NCBI GenBank assembly: GCA_963752285.1
Contig: CAVVXN010000005.1
Span: 1,920,001-1,984,000, forward strand
Length of the DNA stretch: 64,000 nucleotides
Direction of reading: 5' to 3'
Source: an uncultured Planctomycetota bacterium
Lineage (GTDB): Bacteria; Planctomycetota; PLA2; JAEUHO01
Shown here one piece after another: positions 1-9,832 of this stretch. A program made the translations under genes and the position numbers. How positions within the stretch are numbered: the first letter of the stretch is position 1; each line of letters opens with the position of its first letter. The notes beneath the pieces were generated by a model. That model made no database searches. It was not told the DNA's origin and worked only from the letters and a program-made list of their open reading frames with translations.

Positions 1-647
1 CGCGCGAGCGCGAACCGCCCGGGCGACTCCACGCGGACCCGAAGGCGCGTCCCCGGCACGTCGAGCCCCGCCTTCCCGTCGGCGTCGGTCCGGCCCTCGG
101 CGGCGCCCGCCTCGCCGGACACCGTGACGTGGGCGCCCGCGAGGGGCCGTCCGTCCTCCGCCGCGACCACGTCCACCTCGGCGCGACCGGGCGGGTTCGC
201 CGCGGGCTTCGCCTCGACGGCCGTCTCGGGCAGGTGCACCACCCACTCGGAGCCGTAGGCGAACCCGTGCTCCGTCCGACGCGAGCCCGGCCCCTCGATC
301 GCGAAGCCCTGGCGGCCGTCGGCGTCGCCCGGTACGCGCGCCTCGCCGCCCGCCGCCGACGCGACCGCCTTGTCCCCGAGCCGGAGGGTCCACGACTCCA
401 GCGCGGACCCGTCGGGCGCGCGGACGCGGACGAGGACGCCCTCCTTGGGGAGGCGTGGCAGCTCGCCCGCCGGCGGGCGGACGCGCGTGGGATCGGGGCG
501 CGGCAGGTTCGCCGAACGCCAGGCCGTCTCGCCACCCCCGGCGAAGCCGCCCGGGAGCCAGCGGTTCAGCTCGAACAGCAGGTAGAGGACCAGGAGGGCG
601 ACGAGGGCGGCGAGCACGCCTCGCAAGCGCGGACGGCGACGGGCCAT
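1..647 (-). CDS. Membrane-anchored protein with a carboxypeptidase-regulatory-like domain (partial, runs off the left edge)
   Basis: Not in the ORF track. Manual translation from ATG 647 gives MARRRPRLRGVLAALVALLVLYLLF (TM helix) ... VVAAEDGRPLAGAHVTVSGEAGAAEGRTDADGKA, open to the edge. Confidence 0.7.
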   Translation of the reverse strand, partial: MARRRPRLRGVLAALVALLVLYLLFELNRWLPGGFAGGGETAWRSANLPRPDPTRVRPPAGELPRLPKEGVLVRVRAPDGSALESWTLRLGDKAVASAAGGEARVPGDADGRQGFAIEGPGSRRTEHGFAYGSEWVVHLPETAVEAKPAANPPGRAEVDVVAAEDGRPLAGAHVTVSGEAGAAEGRTDADGKAGLDVPGTRLRVRVESPGRFALA

Positions 648-654
648 GCGCCGC

Positions 655-660
655 ACGATA
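655..660 (-). promoter_or_regulatory. Putative -10 element TATCGT, leaderless-type
   Basis: 7 nt upstream of ATG 647; no SD sequence. Confidence 0.5.
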
Positions 661-792
661 CCCGGCCGCGGCGCCGGGACCGGGCCTCTGCGTCCGTATA
701 CTCCCGGGCCGTCGTCCCCGGTTTGGCGTCGCGGGCGGGCCCGGCACGGGGCCGAGGTCGTCCCCCGGGGCCCTCCCGGTCCGGAGTCCGCG

Positions 793-2643
793 TTGCACGA
801 GGACCTGCGAGAGCGCCTGGCACGCGAGCCGCTCGTGGCGGACGGGGCGATGGGCACGATGCTCTACGCGAAGGGCGTCTACATCAACCGCTGCTACGAC
901 GAGGTGACCCTCGAGTCCCCGGAGCTGGTCCGCGACGTCCACCGCGAGTACGTCCGAGCGGGCGCCGACCTCCTCCAGACCAACTCGTTCGGGGCGAACC
1001 CCGTGAAGCTCCAGCGGCACGGCCTCGCCGAGCGGACGGAGGAGCTGAACGAGCGCGCGGCGCGGATCGCCCGCCAGGAGGCTGGCGACCGCGTGTACGT
1101 CGCGGGAAGCGTCGGGCCGCTCGGCATCCGCATCGAGCCGTGGGGCCCGACGAGCGCCGAGGAGGCCACCGCGCTCTTCGGCCGGCAGGTCGAGGGGCTC
1201 CTCGCCGGCGGCGTGGACGCCTTCCTCCTCGAGACGTTCGGCGACCTGACCGAGGTCCGCGCGGCCATGGAGGCGGTCCGCCGCGCCGCGCCCGACCACC
1301 CGCTCGTGGTGCAGATGACGGTGGACCGGAGCGGCGCGAGCCTGTACGGCACGCCGCCCGAGGTGTTCGGCGCGCGGCTCCACGAGTGGGGCGCCGACGT
1401 GATCGGCGTCAACTGCGGCGTCGGCCCGCACGTGATGCTCGAGGTCCTGAACCGCCTCCGCGAGGTGACGGACCGTCCCCTGTCGGTCCAGCCCAACGCG
1501 GGTCCGCCCCGCCAGGTGGACGGGCGGACGATGTTCCTCTGCTCGCCGGACTACCTCGAGAAGTTCGCGCGCCGGTTCCTGGACGCCGGGGCCCGGCTGG
1601 TCGGCGGCTGCTGCGGGACCACGCCGGACCACATCCGCGCGCTCGCGAAGTCCGTGCGCCGGGGCCGCGCGACCGTCGGCGTCGGGGCCGCTCCCGCGCC
1701 GGCGCGCGCGCCGGCCTCCCCCCGTGGCGTCGAGCCGAGCCCCCTCGCGGAGCGCTCCGTGCTGGGACGGGCACTCGCCGAGGGGACGCGCCCCCTCCTG
1801 GTCGAGCTGCTCCCGCCGCGCGGCGCCGACCCCAGTCGCGTGCTCGAGAAGGCGAGGACGCTCCGGGCGCTCGGGGTCACGGGCATCAACATCCCCGACG
1901 GCGCCCGGGCCAGCGCCCGGATGGGGCACGTCGCGCTCGCCGCGCTCGTGCGGCGCGAGGTGGGCGTCGCGCCGGTGCTCCACTACTGCTGTCGCGACCG
2001 CAACGTCCTCGGGATGCAGGCCGACCTCCTCGGCGCCGCGGCGCTCGGGATCCGCGACCTGATCCTGATCACGGGCGATCCCCCGATCATGGGAGACTAT
2101 CCCGACGCGACGGCCGTGTTCGACGTGGACGCGATCGGCCTCACGAACCTGGTCTCACGGCTGAACCACGGCCTCGACCTCGGCGGGAACCCGATCGGCG
2201 CGTCCACGAACTTCGTCATCGGCGTCGGCCTGAACCCGACGGCGGTGGACCTGGAGCGCGAGGTCTCCCGCTACCGCTGGAAGGTGGACGCCGGCGCCGA
2301 GTACGCCGTGACGCAGCCCGTGTTCGACGTGGCGGCGCTCGACCGCTTCCTCGACCGCCTGGGCCGCCCGAGGATCCCGATCCTCGCGGGCATCTGGCCC
2401 CTCGCGAGCCTCAGGAACGCGGAGTTCCTGAACACGGAGGTCCCGGGCTGCAAGGTCGCGGACGCCGTGCTCCAGCGCATGGCCGCCGCGGGCGACGCCG
2501 CGGCCGAGCGTCGCGTCGGCCTCGAGATCGCGATCGAGATGATCGAGGCGGTGAAGGGCCGCGTGGACGGCATCCAGGTCTCGGTGCCGTTCGGCCGCGT
2601 CGAGGTCGTGGGCGAGCTCGTGGGCGCCGTGCGGTCCTCGTGA
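793..2643 (+). CDS. yitJ: Bifunctional homocysteine S-methyltransferase / 5,10-methylenetetrahydrofolate reductase (YitJ-like)
   Basis: DGAMGT, GVNC and GGCCGTTPDHI (Zn ligands), then an MTHFR domain (TGDPP, AVTQPVFD). TTG 793 is preceded by GGAG; the ORF track starts at 646. Confidence 0.9.
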   Translation: MHEDLRERLAREPLVADGAMGTMLYAKGVYINRCYDEVTLESPELVRDVHREYVRAGADLLQTNSFGANPVKLQRHGLAERTEELNERAARIARQEAGDRVYVAGSVGPLGIRIEPWGPTSAEEATALFGRQVEGLLAGGVDAFLLETFGDLTEVRAAMEAVRRAAPDHPLVVQMTVDRSGASLYGTPPEVFGARLHEWGADVIGVNCGVGPHVMLEVLNRLREVTDRPLSVQPNAGPPRQVDGRTMFLCSPDYLEKFARRFLDAGARLVGGCCGTTPDHIRALAKSVRRGRATVGVGAAPAPARAPASPRGVEPSPLAERSVLGRALAEGTRPLLVELLPPRGADPSRVLEKARTLRALGVTGINIPDGARASARMGHVALAALVRREVGVAPVLHYCCRDRNVLGMQADLLGAAALGIRDLILITGDPPIMGDYPDATAVFDVDAIGLTNLVSRLNHGLDLGGNPIGASTNFVIGVGLNPTAVDLEREVSRYRWKVDAGAEYAVTQPVFDVAALDRFLDRLGRPRIPILAGIWPLASLRNAEFLNTEVPGCKVADAVLQRMAAAGDAAAERRVGLEIAIEMIEAVKGRVDGIQVSVPFGRVEVVGELVGAVRSS

Positions 2644-2661
2644 CCGGCGTCGCCGCGGGGG

Positions 2662-4479
2662 TCAGGGCCGGACGGGCGCGCCGTCCAGAACGCGTCGCGC
2701 CCAGAGCTCGAGCATGACGACCGCGTGGATCACGGCGCCGAGGTTCCGGCCGCCCCGCAGGTGCTCACCGAGGAGTCGGCCCGCGCCGGCCGTCGAGACG
2801 AAGCCCCGCTCGCGGAGCGGCCGGCCGAGGAGCAGGTCCTCCGCGAGGTCGCGCAGCGAGGTCCGGTAGAGGTCGTCCACCGGGAAGGCGAACCCGCGCT
2901 TCGGCGCGCGCGCGAGGTCGGGGTCGATCACGGCGCGGACGTACGCGCGGAGCACCTGCTTCTGGCGGCCGCGCCCGGGACCGCCGCGGACCTCGAGGTC
3001 GTGGGCCGCGCGGCGCACGCGCCGGTCGAGGAACGGGTGCCGCCCCTCCATGCCGTGCGCGGCGAGGGCGCGGTCCTCCTTCACGAGGAGGTCGTCGGGG
3101 AGGTAGTTCACGAAGTCGTCCGCCATCGCCTCGGCGGGCGTGTGGGGCGAGGGCCGCGGGACCGGGAGCCCCGCGCCCGCGAGGCGCGGGCCGAGCAGCG
3201 CGCGGACCTCCGGCACGGGCTGGAGCCGCAAGAGCCCGCGGTAGAGCCCCTGCGGGTCGCCCGACGCGCGGAGCAGCCGCGCTCCCGACGGCAGCGTGCG
3301 CTCGAGGACGATGCTCACGGGCTCGCGCACGAAGCCCGGCACGTGCCGGAGCCACGGGCCCGAACCGAGGAGCCAGTACCGGCGGTACCCGCCGAAGACC
3401 TCGTCGCCGCCCGTGCCGGTGAGGGCGACGGGCGCGCGGCGACCCGCCGCGAGGGAGAGCCCCCACGTGGGGATCGCGCTCGCATCGGCGAAGGGCTCGT
3501 CGAACGCCTCGGCGGCGCCGAGCACCCACGGGGTGACGTCGCGGGGGCACGGCACCTCGACGTGCAGGAGCGCGAGGCGGCGCGCGGTGCGTTCGGCCCG
3601 CCGCGTCTCGTCCACCGCGCCGTGCGAGGGATACGTGAGCGTCAGCGCGGGAACGTCCGCCTCCTCGCGCGCGAGGGCGGCGACGATCGCGCTGTCCACG
3701 CCGCCCGAGAGGAAGACGACCTTCGGACGGGGCCCCTGCAGGCGGTCGTGGACCGCGGCGCGGAGCGCGCCGAGGACGTCGTGCGGCCGGTCCTCGTGGA
3801 GCACCGGGGCGGGCACGCGCCGGGAGGCGAGACCGAGGCCCGGCCGGACCTCGAGGACCTCGCCGGGCGCGACGCGCCGGACGCCCCGGATCGCGGTGCG
3901 GCAGCTCGGCACGACCCCGTCGCGGAGCACGTCGGCGATCGCGTCGCAGTCGGGGTCGCGCCGCACCGCCCCCGTCGCGAGGATCGCGTCGAGCGTGGAC
4001 GCGAAGACGAGCCCCTCGGGCAGGAGCGCCACGACGAGCGGTCGGATCCCGAGGGGGTCACGCCCGAGGAGCAGGGGCCCGTCCGGAGCCCCGAGCCACG
4101 CGAAGGCGTAGCTCCCCTCCACCGCGGCGAGGCCCTCCACCCCGCGCCGCTCGAGCAGCGCGGCGAGGACCTCCGCGTCACCGTCGCCGAAAAACGGCTC
4201 GCCGTCCTTCTCGAGCTCCCGGCGGAGGGCGACGTGGTTGTAGATCTCGCCGTTCAGCGCCAGGCAGGCGCCCGACGGGCGTCGCGCCGGCTGACCGGGC
4301 CCGCCGGGGTCCACGAGCTCGAGCCGGCGGACCCCGACCTCGACCGGCAGGTCGCCGAGGCGGCCGTCGGCCCGGCCCAGCCCGTCCGGCCCCCGTTCGT
4401 GGAGGCGACGGAGCGCCGCGTGGAGCGGATCCTCGACCTTCGTGCGGATCTTCCCGACGAGGCCTGCGATCCCGCACAT
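2662..4479 (-). CDS. asnB: Asparagine synthase (glutamine-hydrolysing) family amidotransferase
   Basis: N-terminal MCGIAG (Ntn Cys), NGEIYN, RDPLGIRPL, LSGGVDS, GTGGDEVFGGY, EGRHPFLD, PKRGF. Confidence 0.88.
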   Translation of the reverse strand: MCGIAGLVGKIRTKVEDPLHAALRRLHERGPDGLGRADGRLGDLPVEVGVRRLELVDPGGPGQPARRPSGACLALNGEIYNHVALRRELEKDGEPFFGDGDAEVLAALLERRGVEGLAAVEGSYAFAWLGAPDGPLLLGRDPLGIRPLVVALLPEGLVFASTLDAILATGAVRRDPDCDAIADVLRDGVVPSCRTAIRGVRRVAPGEVLEVRPGLGLASRRVPAPVLHEDRPHDVLGALRAAVHDRLQGPRPKVVFLSGGVDSAIVAALAREEADVPALTLTYPSHGAVDETRRAERTARRLALLHVEVPCPRDVTPWVLGAAEAFDEPFADASAIPTWGLSLAAGRRAPVALTGTGGDEVFGGYRRYWLLGSGPWLRHVPGFVREPVSIVLERTLPSGARLLRASGDPQGLYRGLLRLQPVPEVRALLGPRLAGAGLPVPRPSPHTPAEAMADDFVNYLPDDLLVKEDRALAAHGMEGRHPFLDRRVRRAAHDLEVRGGPGRGRQKQVLRAYVRAVIDPDLARAPKRGFAFPVDDLYRTSLRDLAEDLLLGRPLRERGFVSTAGAGRLLGEHLRGGRNLGAVIHAVVMLELWARRVLDGAPVRP

Positions 4480-4561
4480 ACCGCCTCCGCTCGCCACACG
4501 CGCGTCCCTGGGCGAGGGCCTTCCTATCATCGGTCGGACGCGCGCCCCCGATGGAGACGAG

Positions 4562-5050
4562 ATGGCATCCCCGCCCGTGAACACCCCGCCCACACCGTCG
4601 TCCCCGGCCGCGCCCCCCACCGACGCGGCCGCGATCCGCCTCGTCCTGTCCACGGCGCCGCCCGACGTGGCGGCCAGGATCGGCAGGACGCTCGTGGAGG
4701 AGCGCCTCGCGGCGTGCGTCCACCTCGTCCCGGGTCTTCGGAGCGTCTACCGGTGGAGCGGCGCCGTGAACGACGACCCGGAGACGATGCTCGTCGTGAA
4801 GACGACGACCGAGCGCCTCCCGGCGCTCGCGAACCGCCTCGAAGAGCTCCACCCCTACGAGGTTGTGGAGCTCCTGGTCCTGCGTCCCGAGGGCGCCTCG
4901 CCAGCCTACGCGGAATGGCTCCGGGAGGCGTGCGCGGAGGGGGTGACAGCCCCGGCGCGGGGCGCACCCGGGCCGGCGGGAGGCCTCGGCGCCGCAGCCC
5001 GGGAAATCGGGCTTTCCGAGGAGACCGGCGCGGTCCCCGATTCGCCTTAA
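4562..5050 (+). CDS. cutA: Divalent-cation tolerance protein CutA
   Basis: LVEERLAACV, SVYRWSG, LHPYEV, YAEWL; start codon uncertain. Confidence 0.85.
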   Translation: MASPPVNTPPTPSSPAAPPTDAAAIRLVLSTAPPDVAARIGRTLVEERLAACVHLVPGLRSVYRWSGAVNDDPETMLVVKTTTERLPALANRLEELHPYEVVELLVLRPEGASPAYAEWLREACAEGVTAPARGAPGPAGGLGAAAREIGLSEETGAVPDSP

Positions 5051-5098
5051 CCGGTCGCCGACAGCCGGTCGATAGGCGGGCGTTACCCGGGCGGGGCG

Positions 5099-6358
5099 GT
5101 GGTGCCCTCGCCGCCGGGGGTCCCCGTGCCCGACTCGCGAACGCCCGCCCCCGTCGCCACCCCCCAGGGCGCGCTCCGGCTGTACTACCGGATCGTGCTC
5201 GCGGCGGTCGCGACGGTGGTGGTGATCCAGCTGCTCCTGCGCCTCCTCTTCAAGTCGGGGACGAGGCTCACGGTCCAGCTGATGGTCGTGTACGGCGCCG
5301 TCCTCGTCCTGTCGTGGATCGGGTACGAGCTGGCGCAGTTCCCCACCAGCTCGGGTCGGCGACCGAAGGGCGGCCTGATCGGGGTCATGGCCTTGCTCCT
5401 CGTCGTGCTCTGCGTGGAGACGGGCGGCCTCGCGAGCCCGTTCTACATGCTGCTTTTCACCACCTGCGTGTTCGGGGGCCTCCTCCTCGACGCGCACCGC
5501 GCGATCGTCGTCACCGCGATCACCACCATCGCGTACGTGGCGACCACCTGGGCGTACGCCAGCCGGGGCGTGACGCTCCTCGAGGGGAGCCTGTCCGGCC
5601 TGATCGACGCGATGGTGAACGCGCCGCGCCTCGGCGCCGACGAGGTCAGCGCGCTCGTCGTGCACTCGGGGTTCCTCTCGATCGGCACGTACCTCGCACA
5701 GCAGTTCGCGACGAGCTTCCGCGCGCGGGTCGGACGGCTCGAGACGAGCGCGAACCTCGATCCGTTGACCGGTCTCGTCAACCGCCGGGGGTTCACGGAG
5801 AAGCTGCAGCTCGAGGAGGAGCGCATCGTGCAGCTCGACTGGCCGATCGCGCTCCTCGCGATCGACCTCGACCACTTCAAACGCGTGAACGACACGTTCA
5901 ACCACCAGGTCGGCGATGCGGTGCTCGTCGAGACGGCGCGCCTCATGCGCGACGCCGCGGGCCCCCTCGACCACGTGGCGCGGCTCGGCGGAGAGGAGTT
6001 CGCCGTGGCCGCGGTCGGCGTAGACGAGCGACAGGCGCGCGACCTCGCGGACCGGCTCGTACGGATGTTCCGCGTGCACGACTGGGACCGCGTCCAGCCC
6101 GGACTCGAGCGAATCACCATCTCCGTCGGCGTCGCGGTGCGTGCGGCGAGCCGCGGCCTCTCGCGTTACATCGACCTCGACGCGCTGATCGCCGAGGCCG
6201 ACCAGGCGCTCCTCCGCGTCAAGCGAAACGGTCGAGACGGCTTCCTCCTCGCCGGCGAGGCGCTCCGACCGGGCCCCGTCACGTCGTCCACGATCCTCGC
6301 CCGCATCGTGCCCGACGCGCCTCCGGCCGGTCGCGGTCGTTTCATCCGCCGCCGGTAG
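5099..6358 (+). CDS. Membrane-bound diguanylate cyclase (GGDEF domain)
   Basis: Several N-terminal TM helices, then DPLTGLVNRR, DLDHFKRVNDTFNHQVGD, RLGGEEF, TISVG, ADQAL. No RxxD I-site (GPLD). Confidence 0.9.
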   Translation: MVPSPPGVPVPDSRTPAPVATPQGALRLYYRIVLAAVATVVVIQLLLRLLFKSGTRLTVQLMVVYGAVLVLSWIGYELAQFPTSSGRRPKGGLIGVMALLLVVLCVETGGLASPFYMLLFTTCVFGGLLLDAHRAIVVTAITTIAYVATTWAYASRGVTLLEGSLSGLIDAMVNAPRLGADEVSALVVHSGFLSIGTYLAQQFATSFRARVGRLETSANLDPLTGLVNRRGFTEKLQLEEERIVQLDWPIALLAIDLDHFKRVNDTFNHQVGDAVLVETARLMRDAAGPLDHVARLGGEEFAVAAVGVDERQARDLADRLVRMFRVHDWDRVQPGLERITISVGVAVRAASRGLSRYIDLDALIAEADQALLRVKRNGRDGFLLAGEALRPGPVTSSTILARIVPDAPPAGRGRFIRRR

Positions 6359-6412
6359 CCACCCCGGCCCCGGCGAGGTGCGCGCGCGCCCGGCGGGCGC
6401 CGGCGCCCGCGG

Positions 6413-6418
6413 TACGAT
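6413..6418 (+). promoter_or_regulatory. Putative -10 element TACGAT, leaderless-type
   Basis: 9 nt upstream of ATG 6428; no SD sequence. Confidence 0.5.
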
Positions 6419-6427
6419 CGCGCGACG

Positions 6428-7069
6428 ATGTCGTCCGACGCCGCCCCGCCCGCGCCGTCCCGCGGGCCCGACCTGCCGGCGCCGAGCCGCCGGGAGCTGC
6501 TCTGCCAGACCGTCGCGACGGCCACGGTCGCGTGGCTGTGGTTCGAGGGGGTCCCCGACCCCACGAGGCGCCGCCGGGTCGTCGCGACCGCGCCGGACGA
6601 GACCCCGAAGAACCTCTCGCCGCGCGAGTGGGCGACGCTCGAGGCCGCACTCGACCGGTTGCTCCCCTCGGGCGAAGGCTTCCCCGGCGCCCGGGACGTG
6701 CATGCGATCGGGTACCTCGACGGCGCGCTCTCGGACCCCGGCGTCGATCCCGACCACGTCCAGCGCGTGCACGAGGGTGCGCGCCTCCTCGACGAACACG
6801 CGACCGCGCACGGCGCGGCGACGTTCGACGCGCTCCCGCCGGACCTCGAGGACGAGGGCGTCCGGTCGCTCGAGACCCCGTGGGCGCGACAGCTCGTCCT
6901 CCGCGCGCTCCTCTCGTTCGCGCTCGAGGCGTATCTCGGCGACCCCGTGCACGGAGGGAACCCGGACCGACGGGTCTGGAGGTGGGCCGACCTCGAGCCG
7001 GGCTACCCGCGGCCGCTCGGACCGTGGCAGCCGCGCGGCGCCGGGCCCCAGGCGAAGGACGACCGGTGA
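6428..7069 (+). CDS. Gluconate 2-dehydrogenase subunit 3 family protein (Tat-type signal)
   Basis: SRRELL twin-Arg motif, LDRLLPS..PGA, EAYLGDPVHGGN; GTGA overlap with the GMC gene. Confidence 0.82.
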   Translation: MSSDAAPPAPSRGPDLPAPSRRELLCQTVATATVAWLWFEGVPDPTRRRRVVATAPDETPKNLSPREWATLEAALDRLLPSGEGFPGARDVHAIGYLDGALSDPGVDPDHVQRVHEGARLLDEHATAHGAATFDALPPDLEDEGVRSLETPWARQLVLRALLSFALEAYLGDPVHGGNPDRRVWRWADLEPGYPRPLGPWQPRGAGPQAKDDR

Positions 7070-8724
7070 GCGAGTCCGTGGACGCCCTCGTCGTGGGGAG
7101 CGGCGCGGGGGGCGGGCCCGTCGCGGCCGTGCTCGCCGAGGCCGGTCTCTCGGTCCTCGTGCTCGAGAAGGGCGCGTGGTTCACGCGGAAGGACTTCTTG
7201 AAGGACGAGATCGTCGCCGCGCGGCGCGCGGTCTTCGCCCCGTCGCAGGCCGACGACCCGCACGTGTGGGATCGGGACCTGCCCGAGGGACGCCGCGCGT
7301 GGATCACGCGCGACGGGTGGAACGCCGTCGCCGTCGGCGGCGCGTCGAACCTGATGAGCGGCTACTTCCTCCGCGCGAAGCCGCTCGATCTGCGGCAACG
7401 GAGCGAGCTCGGAGACCTCCCGGGCGCGGCGCTCGCCGACTGGCCGATCCCGTACGACGTGCTCCGCCCGTACTACGACCGCGTCGAACGCGAGGTCGGC
7501 GTGTCCGGCCGGCACGTGGAGCACCGGTGGGCGGACCGCCGCTCGGGCGGGTTTCCCTTCCCGCCGACGCCGGAGCACCCCTTCGCCGACCAGGTCGATC
7601 TGACGGCGCGGGCGATGGGCCTCGAGCCGTTCCCGATCCCCCGTGCGATCCTGCCGGAGGACACGGACGACCGCCGGCAGTGCAACGACTCGGGCTGGTG
7701 CGCGGGCTACGGCTGCACGACCGGCGCGAAGGGGTCGAGCCGCGAGACGTTCCTCCCGCGGGCGCGCGCGACGACGCGCGCCGAGGTCCGTCCGGGGTGC
7801 ACGGTCCTCGCGATCGAGACCGACGACGCGGGGCGCGCCGTCGCCGCGCGGTACGTGGACGCGAAGGGCGAGGAGCGCCGCGTCGAGGCGGGCGTGTTCG
7901 TCGTGGCGTGCTCGGCGATCGAGAGCGCCCGCCTGCTCCTCCTCTCCACCGGTCCGCGACACCCGGACGGCATCGGCAACGCGAACGACCTCGTGGGGCG
8001 CCACCTCCTCTTCAGCACCTCGGGGGGCGCCTGGGGCGACTTCCCGTACGCCACGTTCGAGAGGCGCTGGCCGTGGCTCCGGTCGAGCGAGCCCTGGGTG
8101 AACCGCGGGCTCCAGGACTGGTACGTGATCGACGACCCCGCCCTCGGCCGCCGCAAGGGCGGGACGATCTCGTTCCTGCGCATGCATCCGAACCCGATCG
8201 CGGCGGCGATCGGCGAGGCGGTCACGGGGACGAACGTGATCTGGGGCCGCCCGCTCCAGTCCCGGCTCGCGTCGTACTTCCGCGACAACGCCCACCTCCG
8301 TTTCGAGATCTTCGGCGACTACACGCCGACGGCGGAGGGGCGCGTCCGACTCGACCCGTACGTGAAGGACCGTTACGGCCGTCCCGCCGCGCGCGTGCGC
8401 ATCGTCCGCCACCCCCGCGACGAGGAGAGCGCGCGGTTCCTGGTGACGCGCGGCCGCGAGGTGCTCGAGCGCATGGGCGCGCAGAACCTCCGCGTGACGG
8501 AGGTCGGCGGCGAGTCCACGAACCTCGTCGGCGGGACGTGCCGCTTCGGCGACGACCCCGCGCGCTCGGTCCTCGACCCCTCGTGCCGGGTCTGGGACTG
8601 CGACAATCTCTACGTCACGGACGGCTCCTTCCTCCCCTCGGGCGGCAGCGTGCCGTTCACGTTCACGATCTACGCGAACGCGCTTCGGGTCGCGGACCAG
8701 ATCGTGGAGCGGCACCGCGGCTGA
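7066..8724 (+). CDS. GMC family FAD oxidoreductase (dehydrogenase large subunit)
   Basis: C-terminal part of track ORF 2725..8724 from GTG 7066: VVGSGAGG (FAD binding), VLEKG, CxxxGxCxxxGC cluster, ESARLLL, GTCRFGDDP, NLYVTDGS. Confidence 0.88.
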   Translation: MSESVDALVVGSGAGGGPVAAVLAEAGLSVLVLEKGAWFTRKDFLKDEIVAARRAVFAPSQADDPHVWDRDLPEGRRAWITRDGWNAVAVGGASNLMSGYFLRAKPLDLRQRSELGDLPGAALADWPIPYDVLRPYYDRVEREVGVSGRHVEHRWADRRSGGFPFPPTPEHPFADQVDLTARAMGLEPFPIPRAILPEDTDDRRQCNDSGWCAGYGCTTGAKGSSRETFLPRARATTRAEVRPGCTVLAIETDDAGRAVAARYVDAKGEERRVEAGVFVVACSAIESARLLLLSTGPRHPDGIGNANDLVGRHLLFSTSGGAWGDFPYATFERRWPWLRSSEPWVNRGLQDWYVIDDPALGRRKGGTISFLRMHPNPIAAAIGEAVTGTNVIWGRPLQSRLASYFRDNAHLRFEIFGDYTPTAEGRVRLDPYVKDRYGRPAARVRIVRHPRDEESARFLVTRGREVLERMGAQNLRVTEVGGESTNLVGGTCRFGDDPARSVLDPSCRVWDCDNLYVTDGSFLPSGGSVPFTFTIYANALRVADQIVERHRG

Positions 8725-8747
8725 CGAGGGCACCGGAGGTCTCGCGG

Positions 8748-9029
8748 ATGCACGTCGCGACGCTCGAAGTGAGGCTCCACATCCCCGAGGCGGACTCGCT
8801 GAAGGAGAAGCGCCGGGTCGTGAAGAGCATCCTCGACCGGGCCCGCGAGCGGTTCTCGGTCGCGGCGGCGGAGGTGGACGAGCAGGACGTCCACCGGATC
8901 GCCGTCCTCGGCTTCGCGGCGGTGAGCGGGAGCGCCCACCACGCGCGCGAGGTCGTCCTGAAGCTCCTCGACGCCCTCCACGTCCACCCGGCCGCGCGGG
9001 TCATCGAGCACGAGCTCGACGGCTGGTAG
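8748..9029 (+). CDS. DUF503 (YlxP-like) family protein
   Basis: SLKEKRRVVKSILDRARERFSVAAAEV, 93 aa, GGAGG RBS. Confidence 0.85.
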   Translation: MHVATLEVRLHIPEADSLKEKRRVVKSILDRARERFSVAAAEVDEQDVHRIAVLGFAAVSGSAHHAREVVLKLLDALHVHPAARVIEHELDGW

Positions 9030-9068
9030 CGCGCGCGCCGCGGGGGACCGGCCTCCGCGCCCGCCGGC

Positions 9069-9767
9069 TCAGAGCCGCGGGCGCATCTCGGCCCAGAACG
9101 CCGCCGCGATCTGGGCGTAGCCGTCGTTGTTCGGGTGGAACCCGTCCACGAAGAAGAGGTCGCTCGTGAGGACGGCCGAGGCAAGGTGGACGAGGACGTA
9201 CCCGTGGGCTTGGACGGCCGTCGCGATCTGGTCGTTGAACGCCTGGACGCGCGCGGGCGTCACGTCGGGGTCCGGGTCGTTCACGAACCGCGGCGCCTGG
9301 GTGAGGTCCGGCAGGTCGCCCACGAAGACGAGGGCGTGCGTTCCGTTCTCGAGCGCGCCGAGGCACTGGTCGAGCGCGACGCCGAAGGCCACGGGGTCGG
9401 CCCCGCCCACCACGTCGTTCGCACCGGTCCAGAGCGTCACGACGTCCGGGTCGGCCGCGAGGGCGGTCGGAAGCTCCTCCGCCACGATCTGCCCGATCTC
9501 GGCCCCGTTGATGCCGAGGTTCACCAGCGCGGTATTCGCCGGCAGAGCCTCGAGGTCGCCCTGGAGGTCGTACACGTAGCCCTTCGTGAGCGGCACCGCA
9601 CCGATCCCCACGGCATCCGACGCGCCGAGGGCCACGTAGACGATCGACCGGGGCGAGGAGGTCGCCGACGACCCGCCGCCGCCGCACCCGACGAGGAGGA
9701 GGGTCGAGAGGACGGCCGGGACGACGACGCGCCGGGGTCGCGGGGCCGGGGGACGACGAAGGATCAC
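9069..9767 (-). CDS. SGNH/GDSL hydrolase family lipoprotein
   Basis: Lipobox LVGC, YVALGASDAVG, NLGING, GAND, DGFHPN. Confidence 0.85.
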   Translation of the reverse strand: MILRRPPAPRPRRVVVPAVLSTLLLVGCGGGGSSATSSPRSIVYVALGASDAVGIGAVPLTKGYVYDLQGDLEALPANTALVNLGINGAEIGQIVAEELPTALAADPDVVTLWTGANDVVGGADPVAFGVALDQCLGALENGTHALVFVGDLPDLTQAPRFVNDPDPDVTPARVQAFNDQIATAVQAHGYVLVHLASAVLTSDLFFVDGFHPNNDGYAQIAAAFWAEMRPRL

Positions 9768-9773
9768 CCCGCG

Positions 9774-9779
9774 AGGGTA
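9774..9779 (-). promoter_or_regulatory. Putative -10 element TACCCT, leaderless-type
   Basis: 6 nt upstream of GTG 9767. Confidence 0.45.
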
Positions 9780-9832
9780 TCCGACCCGTCGCCTTCGTGG
9801 TCTCCCCGCACGGGTCGTGGCATCGTGGGGCC

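Noticed and set aside
648..792. SAM riboswitch upstream of the yitJ-like gene
   Set aside because: No S-box core or terminator recognised; the short spacer holds divergent -10-like hexamers (TATCGT and TATACT).
2662..4479. AsnB-like gene as a lasso peptide cyclase
   Set aside because: It keeps the N-terminal catalytic Cys of the glutaminase domain, and no precursor, B1/RRE or B2 protease gene is nearby.
129..7065. Very long + strand ORFs 129..2717 and the first ~1450 codons of 2725..8724
   Set aside because: Arg/Gly/Pro-rich off-frame or antisense shadows of yitJ, asnB, cutA and the diguanylate cyclase, caused by stop-codon scarcity at high GC. Only 7066-8724 is a real gene.
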